Shown: one piece after another, positions 24,441 through 35,628 of the stretch
How positions within the stretch are numbered: the stretch's first letter is position 1
Layout of the letters: each line of letters begins with the position of its first letter
NCBI RefSeq assembly: GCF_000143415.4
Contig: NW_003314331.1
Location: forward strand, 933,800-997,799
Length of the DNA stretch: 64,000 nucleotides
DNA from: Selaginella moellendorffii
Lineage: Eukaryota; Plantae; Lycopodiophyta
Direction of reading: 5' to 3'
The notes under the pieces: model-generated
The model's input: only the letters and a program-made list of their open reading frames with translations
Databases searched by the model: none
Told to the model about the DNA's origin: nothing
Program-made: the position numbers and the translations under genes

Positions 24441-24870
24441 CTATCCCATCAGCGGCGGGGGCGCGTAGTGTAGGTTCATGTTCGCGCCTGGACCGCCATA
24501 GTCGCTGATCTCTCCAAGGGGCGGGGGCGCGCCGTAGTGTGGGTTCCTGTTTGCCCCTGGAGCGTCATAGTCGCTGGTATGGACCTCTCCAAGGAGCTTC
24601 CTGCCTTTGAGAGCCTGGAAGAAAGAGAGAGAACTTCTTATAACAGGAAAGGAAAAGGAAACGTAGAAGAAGATTTCTCAACCTGGCCCTGCAAGCTTGC
24701 ATCTGCAAATCCAATTCAAAACAGTGAGAAACGAGATTGTGGAGGAAGGTAACAGAGAAATGAGATCTATATGTGCTCCCTCTACCTTTGTTTCCGCTAG
24801 TAGCAAAAGCGGCAGTGATGAGCAGGCATGAGAGCAGGGCTGCGAGCACAAGCTTGCGAGAAGGAGCCAT
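24441..24870 (-). CDS. PSY-like precursor, copy 2, two peptide domains (92 aa); exons 24870-24786, 24702-24683, 24614-24441
   Basis: MAPSRKLVLAALLSCLLITAAFATSGNKDASLQGQALKGRKLLGEVHTSDYDAPGANRNPHYGAPPPLGEISDYGGPGANMNLHYAPPPLMG*; GT-AG introns, frame intact. Confidence 0.85.
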
Positions 24871-25148
24871 TTCTATACTAAGAGAGCCTATAGATCCAAA
24901 CCAGGAGAGAAAGAATGAGAAAAACAAAGGCCAAGCTCCCGTAGATAAAGGCCGAGGAGCACAGACTCACACAAAAGCTGGCACAGACGTCGAAGGAATG
25001 CAAGTGTTGTCCACTCAGTGGCCAAGAGTTAACGTCGATAACCATGGTTCCGTTGGTGCGTTGGATAAAACGAGCTTTTCTATGTTAATGGGAATTAATA
25101 TATTTTATCAGGAGAGAGAGATCTCGACTAATATATAGCGATCATTAG

Positions 25149-26900
25149 ATGTTGGAAGCATCGAGCAACATCGTGGGATCGCAGCAATCCTTCTTTGCGA
25201 CGCTCCTGAGCCAGTCTGGAGGCTCTGGCGATCTCGATCAAACCCGGAAGATCCACTCCCGGATAGTGGACAGCGGCTACTCCAAAGACAAGTTTCTCCT
25301 CAATCTCATCATTAATGCTTACGGAAAATGCGGCAGTGTCGGAGATGCGCGCCGTGTCTTCTCCGCGATCGATCACCCCAATCTCTTCTCATGGAACATT
25401 ATGATCCAAGCATATGCCCGAAACGGGCATCTAGATGAAGCGCGTAACCTCTTTGATCGATCTCATTCCCCCGATCCAGTCGCATGGAATGAAATGATCA
25501 CTGCCTATGCGCATCTTGGGGAGATGGAGGAAGCCAAACTATTGTTTGATCGAGTGCCAGAAAAGAGTGAAATCACCTGGACCGGAATGATAACAGCATA
25601 TGCCAGAAACGGGCATCTGAACGAAGCTAGGACGGTGTTTGACGCAATGCCGATTGAGAAGAAAACCATAGCTTCGTGGACGGCAATGCTCCAGGGCTAC
25701 ACCCAAAACTCCCGGATCGATCAGGCCCTCGATTTCTTTCAGACGTTCCCGGCCCACAACGTGGTGTCCATCACCGCCATGGTGTCGGCGCTCGCGAGCC
25801 ACGGCCGTGGCGACGAGGCCGAGATGCTGTTCTTATCCATGCCCGCGAGGAATTTGCTCTCCTGGACTGTGATGATCCAGGCCTACTCCAAGCAGCAGCG
25901 CATCGATCGCGTCCGCGAGCTCTTCGAGTCGATGCCCGAGAGGGATCTCATCAGCTCCACGGCGGCGCTCCAGGCATTCTCCCGCGGTGGCGATCTCGAC
26001 TCGGCCAAGTGCGTGTTTGATTCCATGCCCGAGCACAACACCATGTCGTGGGGATCAATGGTGGTGGCGCTTGCGGAGCGGCGGCGGCTCGAGGAGGCGG
26101 CGCTGCTCCTGGAAGCTATGCCTGGCGAGAAGAGCGTGGTGGGGGCAACAGCGCTATTCCAGGCGTATGCCCGGGATGGGTATCTAGACGAGGCTGAGAT
26201 GATCTTCCGCGAGATGGGTGATCGCGATACCATTGCCCATAATGCGATGCTCCAGGTCTACGCGCAGCATGGCCAGATGGGCGACGCCATTGCGGAGTTT
26301 CAATCCATGGCGTGGCGAAGCTCCTCATCATGGAACGCGATGCTCTCGGCGTATGCCCAGCACGGGCATGTGGATCACGCGGCGGGTTTCTTCGCGGCTA
26401 TGCCAATCAGGAGCTCTCCCGTTGCGTGGAACGCCATGATCGCAGCGTATAGACGCAACGGCAAGGACGAGCGGGCGATTTCCTCCTTCTGGGCGATGAT
26501 CCTCGAGGGGATCCCGTGCGATGCGTCGACCATCGCGAGCGTTCTTGGAAGCTGCAGTCACGCGGGGAGATTTGCCGAGGCGTGGACCTTGTTCCTGGCA
26601 ATGAAGAAGGACTTTGGCGTGGATCCATCACACGAGCACTACTCGTGTGTGGCGGACGTTCTCGGCAGATCTGGACTGGTGAGAGACGCCGAGGAGCTCA
26701 TCAAGACAATGCCATTCGTTCCAGATGAGCGTGGCTGCGGTGGACTGCTCAATGCTTGTAGAGTTCATAGGGATTTGGAGAGAGGAGCAAAGGTGGCGAT
26801 GAATGAGTTTAAAAGTGAGAGGAGCGAGCCTGTAAGCTACATGCTTCTTGCAAACTTGGTTACCGCTAAGATACCAAGTTTGGCTTCTGATTCAAAATAG
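25149..26900 (+). CDS. PLS-class pentatricopeptide repeat protein with E domain (no DYW), intronless
   Basis: 583-aa ORF of tandem PPR motifs ending LGSCSHAG...HEHYSCVADVLGRSG...LLNACRVHRDLERG...SYMLLAN. Confidence 0.93.
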   Translation: MLEASSNIVGSQQSFFATLLSQSGGSGDLDQTRKIHSRIVDSGYSKDKFLLNLIINAYGKCGSVGDARRVFSAIDHPNLFSWNIMIQAYARNGHLDEARNLFDRSHSPDPVAWNEMITAYAHLGEMEEAKLLFDRVPEKSEITWTGMITAYARNGHLNEARTVFDAMPIEKKTIASWTAMLQGYTQNSRIDQALDFFQTFPAHNVVSITAMVSALASHGRGDEAEMLFLSMPARNLLSWTVMIQAYSKQQRIDRVRELFESMPERDLISSTAALQAFSRGGDLDSAKCVFDSMPEHNTMSWGSMVVALAERRRLEEAALLLEAMPGEKSVVGATALFQAYARDGYLDEAEMIFREMGDRDTIAHNAMLQVYAQHGQMGDAIAEFQSMAWRSSSSWNAMLSAYAQHGHVDHAAGFFAAMPIRSSPVAWNAMIAAYRRNGKDERAISSFWAMILEGIPCDASTIASVLGSCSHAGRFAEAWTLFLAMKKDFGVDPSHEHYSCVADVLGRSGLVRDAEELIKTMPFVPDERGCGGLLNACRVHRDLERGAKVAMNEFKSERSEPVSYMLLANLVTAKIPSLASDSK

Positions 26901-26913
26901 CTCTTTGTTTCAT

Positions 26914-27660
26914 TTAGCTTTTGCAAAAGACTATCCAGCGATTGCCATCAGCAGTTTGTCTTGTAATTCGACTTCCTAGGTAGAGGCAGACAAAGAAACT
27001 CACTTGTATCATCAATCTGATCACTGGAAAGCTTTCCAAAACAAGTATAAAGAATACGATGACTACGACTCGCTTTAGTACATTTCCTACTGCAAAGGTG
27101 CTATTCGTTCCAGAGTGTTGTCGCCAACCTGAGATAAAAGAATCCCCGAACCTGATCATACAGATGATAGAAAACTCTGACCACAACTAGATCTGCTACT
27201 TTTGAATGCAACTGGGGAAGCAAGCCAGAAGGCTTGGACCTTCTATCCGTAGATAAAAAGTATCGATCCACTAAAAGCTTGTGGATTAAATGACTGCTAC
27301 TTATCAGTAATGCTGGTGGTATGCACAAAACGTAAAAGATTAGTGTTGTGTTTCCTGGACAGAAAAAAAAAAAAAACAAAAAAACAAAGAGCTTCAATAT
27401 GTTAAAAAATACCATAGCCTCCTTGGAAAAGTGCATTAGATCATGGCACGTGAGAATTGAAACCACTGTATGCGGTGCAATGCTAGAGCAACACCTGAAA
27501 GACCAAGCTTGAGAACGCAAGAGATTTACAACTTTTTGTAGATGGCTCCAGCGCTGCGAAAAACATGAAAATCCTATCAATCTTCACGAACTAAAAGCAA
27601 AACCACAAACTTTTGACCGTACGTCAAGGAAACGGCGACAGTGGAAGAGGAAATGGTCAT
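26914..27660 (-). pseudogene. Triose-phosphate/phosphate translocator family relic
   Basis: [43 protein letters not shown]; intron remnants and frameshifts. Confidence 0.75.
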
Positions 27661-29299
27661 GATGTGTTCCAGGGCGTAACAAAACGAAAGTGGCAGAAGC
27701 AATGTCATCAGTTCCTTGATCAATGGCTGGAACCAATCAAATCAGGAACAATGTATCGATAGTCTACGTTTTGGCATTTCAAATGCCCAGCAGCCTCAGT
27801 ATGTAACTATAGGAAGAGTGACCCAGTTGTCAGCACTGGGTATTTGCTCGACACACCACTGGAGGACTCAAGATCTCTTAAAGAATTTGCTTCCACATCC
27901 ACATTACCTGTTGTGATCTTGTTAATCTAGGGCCTAAGAGCACCGATGAGGGAGAATTCTTTGATCGGGAACCATATGAGATGTTATCCATATGAGAAAT
28001 TTGAATAGAAATGTTTTAGATGCTGCAACTCCTTGTGACAAAAGGTTGAGAGCAAGTATACTCAAATAAATATTATTATTTGCTGAGTTGTGCAGTAATG
28101 TATTTTAATGTAATTATATTCCTCATTATTGCAATCAATATTGAAGTCTCCTGTTGGAATATTCTAAATTATATTTGGTGTAATTGATTTTTAAATTAAT
28201 TTGTTTTTTTGTGTATATTTGAAATTTATATATATTCTTCTCTAATAAAGTTAATGTTGATGTGTTTGTATTTTTTGGATTGGTGTGTATTATTTATAAT
28301 ATTATTTGCAATATACAGTGGCTGATTATGAATTGTAAAATATAATTGGTAGTGTTGTAAAAGCTTCCTATATGCATATTATATGTGATAATCTATCAAG
28401 ACAAAAACCTTCAATAATCATATCCATTTAAGCACTAGACTAAGACATAACTATATTCTCTAATGACATGACTTGGTGATGGGTGGTGGCATTGGCATTT
28501 TCTATTCATTTTAACAATATATTCTTGCCACAAATAGGGATCATTGGCACCAATATGGTGAAATTCTCACAGCTGCCCCAAACAGATTTCAACAAAGTAT
28601 GGAATGATTTTGGTCAAGAATTCTATCTGTTCTTCTTGATTCTAAGTGGCAAGCCTTTCTTGAATTCAAGAAATTTCTTGCTATGATGCAAGTGTAGAGA
28701 ATTTTAAGTCTTATGTCATTGTAGATGTGCTGTTGTGTTGTCTTAAGTTTTTATTTGGTTATCTACCAGCCTCTACTGGGGGCAGATCATGTCCACAAGC
28801 CTGGGGAAATGAGATTCCCAATGGAGAGTGTGATAGGATGAGAGAGACCAACACTTCCCACAATTATTGCAAGATTTGAGGAAGAGAGGGTTACAAGAAA
28901 ATTTTAATTGTTTGATTTAGATATTTTAGGTGTATTCTTATACACTCTTACAAGGTGTTTTAAAGAAAAAATATCAAAAAAAAGGAAAAGAGACTTATAA
29001 AACTAAGTGTCTACAATTTATAAATCTAATTGATTAAATGGAAATTTATAATTATAAATATGTGCAATGTAAGATTAATCTAAATAAATAACAACCATTA
29101 AGTGGTAGAATATCCTAGAATATCCAAGATATTCTAAGTATATCTTAGTTCCCTTATAAATTTGCTTAAGCAAACCAAAAATACACAGTCATAGTAGAGA
29201 CATCACCAATTGAATATAGGATAATTTAGATCACTTAAAAGGGTAAGGGCTTTTGGCTTCTCTCTTTATATCACTTATGCAGGGGTATATCATTTTTTA

Positions 29300-32200
29300 T
29301 AAGTTGAGTGACACTCAAAGCAATAAAGGTGGCTAACTCCATTAGTCATTTCCTTATCAATAACAATTGGAAGGTGTTTGGGTGCTAATGCATTAGCATT
29401 AGACAAAGAAGTTACCCTGTAACTCATTAATTTGATGCATTTATCATAAAACATGAATATTATGAATTTTTTCTAGAATTATTTCTTTGGTAATGGTTTA
29501 GATTAGAGTATGCATCGACGAGGATGTTCATATGTCTTAAAAGGGCCTTAAGGCAGAGAGGGATAGGAAGTTTCGAGATGCAATTTGATAAAGAGTCTAA
29601 GATGGAGTCTAAAATGGAGTCCCATATAGAGTTTAAGGCGGAGTCCGAGATGGAGTTTGAAGTGGAGTTCGAGATGGAGTTCAAGACTAGGTCCAAGACC
29701 AAGACTAAGATTGAGACCGAGACTGATCAAGACTAAAATTGAGATCAAGACTGAGACTGATATGTAAGCAACCAAAAGGAACAATTTGAAAGATGATCCA
29801 TAGGGGTTCAAATATAAAGGGAAAGGGCCCATGAACAAGAGTGCACCCCTTTTTCCAATTGGTCAAGGGTGTTGGGATAGTTAGAGTTAAGCGTCATTGG
29901 GGTTGAATAGTACTAGGCTGGGTGACCTCCCGGGGAGTCCAAACTCAGGAGATTACATGATATTGAGTTTGAGTTTAAGTCCAAGTTCGAACACTAATAC
30001 AAGTTATGGGGTGAAAGCCCAAAGTGATCGTCCCCTAAGGGGGCGGGGGTCCAAAAGTATAATAAGGAGAGTGTGGGGGTTGAACCCTAATAGAACTATT
30101 TTGGCTAGGAAAGATTAATGTGCCTAAGAAGGCTACACCCATGTGGTGGGTGATGATATAACCACTAAAGAGTTTAAGGCTAAAGTGAACACAAATTAAT
30201 AAGTAAAGTAATTTGGTGAAATGTTCAAAAGTTGACTTTAACTCCTCTAAGAAATCGAATGGTTGATACTCCTACTTGGATACCTAGTGTGGTTTTAATC
30301 TAAAGAGTTTAAGGCTAAAGTGAACACTCCTACCTACTTGGATACCTAGTGTGGTTTTAATCTAAAGAGTTTAAGGCTAAAGTGAACACAAATTAATAAG
30401 TAAAGTAATTTGGTGAAATGTTCAAAAGTTGACTTTAACTCCTCTAAGAAATCAAATGGTCGATACTCCTACCTACTTGGATACCTAGTGTGGCTCATTA
30501 AAACCTCAGGAGCTTACATGATATTGAGTTTGAGTTTGAGTTCAAGTTCGAACACTAATACAAGTTATGGGGTGAAAGCCCAAAGCGATCGTCCCCTAAG
30601 GGGGCGGGGGTCCAAAAGTATAATAAGGAGAGTGTGGGGGTTGAACCCTAATAAAACTATTTTGGCTAGGAAAGATTAATGTGCCCAAGAAGGCTACACC
30701 CATGTAGTGGGTGATGATATAACCACTAAAGAGTTTAAGGCTAAAGTGAACACAAATTAATAAGTAAAGTAATTTGGTGAAATGTTTAAAAGTTGACTTT
30801 AGCTCCTCTAGGAAATCAAATGGTCGATACTCCTACCTACTTGGATACCTAGTGTGGCTCATTAAAACCTCACTTTAGCCATATGGCTAACATATCCAAA
30901 GGCAAAAGGTTGGGGGAGTACTCACAAAGGTTATATAGGGCAATAATGTTTTGAAATATCATCTCAAAGTACTAGATTGTGGAAAGGAAGAAAAGTAATC
31001 CTTTTAGGTAGTAACTAAGGATATAGTCATGTGGTGAAAAAGTCCCAAATGTTAGTGGGACTTAATAGTCAAGCCTTCAAATCTTAATTTAGTGGTAGTG
31101 TTGGTGAGCACAGAAAAGGACTTGATAGGGACCGAAGAAGAAATATTAGAGAAGAGTGTTCTTTATATCTCTAAACATTTTAAGAAAATAAGATGTGGTT
31201 ATAGGATGACCACTTATGGATGGATGTCTTAGTCTTTAGGAGATAAGATTGTGGTACAAGTGGTCTTGGATGACTAATGAGATAAAAGTGAATGAATATG
31301 GCATTAGTGTAACAAGTTGATATATTAATGGTACTTTTAGGTGTGTATTGTGGGATTGGACATATGCAGCACTTAGGCTAAGTGCAAAGGAAAAGTGTTA
31401 CCATTCATAGAGGTAACAAGTTTATAAATCAGGAATAATACTTATAGAGGTTATAAGTGACACTCCTCCAAGTGGTCAAAGGTGTGATTAAGTGATTAAA
31501 GTAGAATGGAAAAATTAGTCATTTATAACTTGGTATTGGAACTATTCTTTAATTTGACTTTAATTAACAATCAAATATATCACTATTTGATATTGACATT
31601 TAAAAGTTCCAGAAGTGAAGCTATACTAGAGGAGTTGCATGTCAGGAGGAGTGGCTCTCCACTTTAGTTTATGCATAAACTGGTAGCAATATGGTGGATA
31701 GAAAAGGGGCAATAAGGGAATGACTTTGGGATCTTAGGAACAATGGAAAGTTTTTCTTGAAGAGTTAAGAATATAATTCATATAAGCATTTAACTTAGTA
31801 AATTAACTAATATGGTTGTGGTAAACAATTATAGTTAGATCATAAGAAGGATAAAAACTCCAAGATAATAAAAGAGTCATAAAATTATCCTTATATAGTT
31901 AAAGATGGTGCACATGAATTTAAGAATAAAGTTAATAATTGTGGAAAGTCAAATACGAATGAGGACATATATCCTTGAAATGGTAGTTAGGCTACCTTTA
32001 ATAAATGCCCGAACAACCCAAGGAGTTTGGGGGTATACTCAAAAGATGAGTCGGTGCTTTCATTATATAAAAGGATAATTCTATAACTTATGTGAAACAA
32101 AGAATAATTGTGTCAGAATAACACTTGTAAAAACAGCTTGTATGAATAAAACATAAATATAAGAAGTTGTATTTGAGTATGGTGGCATCTCAAAAATAGC

Positions 32201-33450
32201 CAATGAGACTAGGACCTTATAGATTGTTAGATTAATAAAGTCCAAAAGTTGAATGACTTAAAAGAGTTAAGGAACAATCTTAAAAGATTAGTGAAAACAT
32301 ATTTGGATAAAAATATGTGGTATCTAGTGAAGGATTGGGAAAATCATGAGATCCAAATATAAAAACAGTGGGTATCTCATTAATGGCAGAAAATGCTATA
32401 CTAAAGTCATGGAAAAGTGTTTATGTAAAAAAATAACTTTAGCAAGGAGTTATGTGTGATCACTGTAGTGCAATACTAATTAATAGTTGGCATAAAAAAT
32501 GACTATGGTGGTTTTCGCAAGATAGATACAAGTGGGAAATGTTGTGAAGGTAAGCTCATAAAGTTGATGGTGTAGAAACATCAAATGTCTCAAGAGATGA
32601 TACCTTAAGATCAAATTATGAGAACCCTTTGCCAAAGGAATTCTAATGAAAATAGGGTTGGCATATCTTGGATATTGTTGGATTTGTATGTTTGTATCGA
32701 ATATTGATGAAGGTGTGGAAGCATTAGCAATGAATTGAAGGACATAATAACTATGAGGCAAGTAAATAAAATTTAACATGCTCAATACATATTAAGCAAT
32801 AAAACAATGCAAAAGTAGCATAAAAGCAAAGGGCCAAAAGGAAGCACAAGAGCAAAGCTATGTTGTGAGGGAGAGTAAGCAAGGCTGAGTTGAGAGGGAG
32901 AGATGGGAAAGGTTCCTACTAGTAGGAGCAAGGCCATAGCAAAGGAGATTGCTCAAGGTAAGCAAGCATAACTTGCATTTTCCAAAATTCAAGAGGATGA
33001 AAGTGAGATGGAGGAAGAAGCACAAGAGGGAAGTTGAAGAGAAGATGATTCATAGGAAGAAATCAACTTGCCCTCTTTAGTTTCAATCATTGAACTTGGT
33101 AAATTTTATGTGGGGATAATTGATGAAGTGGCACTAGTTAAGGAGTGGGGCCTTTGAAGAATGGAAAAGCAAGGTTTTCATTGATGTGTGAGTTATGATT
33201 TATAAGCATGGTAGTTGGACAAGTAAGTATCTAAATTTGCTAAAGCTAGCAACAATTGAGATAACACAGCTTTATGTGAGTGTGGGTGAAGATTAAGTTT
33301 CGAAATCAAACAAGGACAACTACAGTGGATGCGTTGATGAGGATTTCTATTGAGGGTCCACCTATAGACACTTTCAACTTTAACACTGTAATTTAAGCAT
33401 GGAAAGATGGAATAATGCATAAACATATTTACACTAGTTGGTGTTTTAAA
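29300..33450 (+). mobile_element. Highly degenerate AT-rich LTR-retrotransposon-like region with internal direct repeat (~29943-30292 vs 30505-30858)
   Basis: Direct repeats, a PBS-like TGGTATTGGAA at 31531, weak RNase H-like EPFAKGI at ~32620; related sequence at 61000-61700. Confidence 0.45.
29590..29760 (+). repeat. Degenerate 6/12-bp tandem repeat (GAGTTCGAGATG / GAGACT-like); related array at 61360-61540
   Basis: Periodic sequence visible directly. Confidence 0.7.
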
Positions 33451-33558
33451 CTTCCTTTTATATTCGTTAATTTAAGGATATTTTCATAACTAAATTCTCA
33501 AACAACTTGGGATTTTAAGGATTTTTTTTCTTGTACAGTAAAAGAGGTTTGTTATACA

Positions 33559-35539
33559 ATGTATCTCCTCCAACACCCATGCTTCTTCAGGAGGGGCATT
33601 GCCATCAACGCAGAGGAGTTTGTGTGTCGAGATGTGGCAGATCCAATGCCCTGGAAGCAGGCAAGCGCTTGCACGCTCTGATCGCGCAGCTGCGATTACA
33701 TGGCCAACATTGGCCCACCAGAATCGGTAATCTTCTTGTGGAGATGTATGGCAAATGTGGCAGTGCGCACAACGGGCGCACAGCATTGATGCCATTGCCG
33801 ACAAGAACGTTTTCTCTTGGGGCTTCTTGATCGCCGCTTATGCTAGCAGGGATGAGAGATTTAAGGTTCTTGGGTTGGAGGGAGTAAAACCGGACAAGGT
33901 GGCGTTCCTTAGCCTGGTGAGGTCTTGCTTGCATGGCAACCTTGTTCGATTGCTCCTCGAGGAGTGTGGCCGTAGCAGGATTTGCAGATTGCCACAGAGC
34001 TTCTGAGGATGTATGGATCACTGCAGGAAGGCCGAATGGCTCGAACGTTTTTGGAGAGTCTTGGACAGAAAGATCTGGTGGCCTGGAATGCGATGATCGA
34101 CGCTCATGGCCGGTGCGGGCAATGCAAAGAGGCATTTCCAATTTACGAGCAAGCGGACAAAGTCACCTACACGACGCTTCTTTCATGCTGTGACGATCTG
34201 GGCGATGGAGAAGAGATCCATGCTTGTGTAGTGAGGGATGGGATCGAATGGGACGTTGCCATGTCCACTGCATTGGTGCGCTGCTACGGTCGCTGCGGAA
34301 ATCCAGAGAAAGCAGTGGCTGTGTTTGAGAATTTCTCAGGGAATAAGGACGTAGGGCTGTGGACTGCGATGATCCTCTGCTTCGATCAGAACCAAAAGAT
34401 CACGGAAGCCATTCCGGGGGATGGAGCAGCATGGTTTTCGAGCAAGCAGCTTTACATTGGTTGCTCTTCTCCAGGGATTGTCGAGCTCTTCAAAGTCTGG
34501 GTTTAGCACAGGCATGATAAACACGATCAGCTCGAGAGCCATGGAGTTTCTGTGTTCTACTGGAGGAGATGTCTCAACCAGGGACGATCTAGTTGTTGCT
34601 ACAGCACTGGTGAAATGCTTTGGAAGTCACAGGAGAATCAATGAAGCTGAGGAGGTGTTTGAGAGATTTCGACTCTGTAGATTCGACTTGGTGCTCTGGA
34701 ACGCCATGGTATGGGCTTATGCCGACACCAGCCATCCCGAAGAAGTTCTGTTCGTGCTGAAAAAGATGGATCTGGAAGGTGGTAAGGCTGATACGTTCAC
34801 GTTTGCGACGGATTTAACTGCGTGTGCTGCCAGTTGCGAGCATGCATTGCTATAAACGAGCTTTCTTCACGATCGAGCGACCAGTTTGGGGCTTGGATCT
34901 GGTAGCAGCAGTTATCAACTCGTACTCCAAGTCCCCCAGAGGCTCGGGCTTGCGAGGAGCGCTTTCGAAGGACTAGCGACGGACAAACGAGATACAGTTG
35001 TGTGGAGCTCCATGAACATGGGATACGCACGATCAGGCCACATCCAAGACGCTCTGGAGATCTTCTCGAAGATGGATCATCCGGACAAGATCACAATCGC
35101 GCAGGTGCTGGATGCCTACGCGGATCTGGCATGCCTCAGCCAGTGCAAGGCCGCTCATCGGGATTTCGTGTCGCCAAACCAAGAGCTCGAGTCGGAGACA
35201 ATGGTGGCCAACGCTCTTGTACACATGTACGCGAAGTGTGGGAGCCTGGACGAGGCCAGGAGAGTTTTCGACAGAATGAGCTTGCAGTCCAGGTACATCG
35301 TCTTGTGGACTGCCATGATCTCGGCTTACGCCCAGCACGGCCGGAGCTCCGAGTCGATGGAGCTGTTCCAGACGATGCAGCAGCAAGGAGTGGAGCCGAA
35401 TCAAGTGACTTTCATCAGTATCTTGAGCTCTTGCAGCCACTCGGGCTTGATCGATCAAGCAGCATACTGTTTCTACAGCATGGAGCAAGATCATAGCTTG
35501 GTGGCGTCCCAGATTGAATTGCTTTTGAAACTGAATTGA
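33559..35539 (+). pseudogene. Near full-length PLS PPR gene broken by several frameshifts
   Basis: Successive ORFs 33531, 33982, 34421 and 34886 carry PPR motifs (LVHMYAKCGSLDEARRVF, FISILSSCSHSG); truncated next to the subtilase 3' end. Confidence 0.85.
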
Positions 35540-35628
35540 ATCAAAGCCGCTTTCTAAGGAGCAAGTCTTATGGTTTATATTCATACCATAGGTGATTCAT
35601 TTATTTCGTCGTTTATTTTTCCACCCAG

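Larger units (their letters stand above)
12711..29240 (+). repeat. Segmental duplication copy A (direct repeat of 46081-60580)
   Basis: Colinear match starting at CAGCGACTGCACCTTGAGCAAG; same order of tRNA relic, GDSL, PPR relics, peptide genes, PPR and TPT relic. Confidence 0.92.

Noticed and set aside
24441-24614. Assignment as CEP, RGF/GLV, CIF or PSK
   Set aside because: Lacks SPG(V/I)GH, a terminal P-x-H-N, PFKLIPN and YIYTQ; DYxxPGAN fits PSY best
24565-24927. Unspliced 120-aa ORF (also 55859-56230 and the antisense ORFs 24537, 24773, 55603)
   Set aside because: These read through introns of, or are antisense to, the spliced peptide gene
29524-29736. ORF with ESKM/EFE repeats; possible CRISPR-like array
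   Set aside because: Simple degenerate 6/12-bp tandem repeat without spacers, in eukaryotic TE debris
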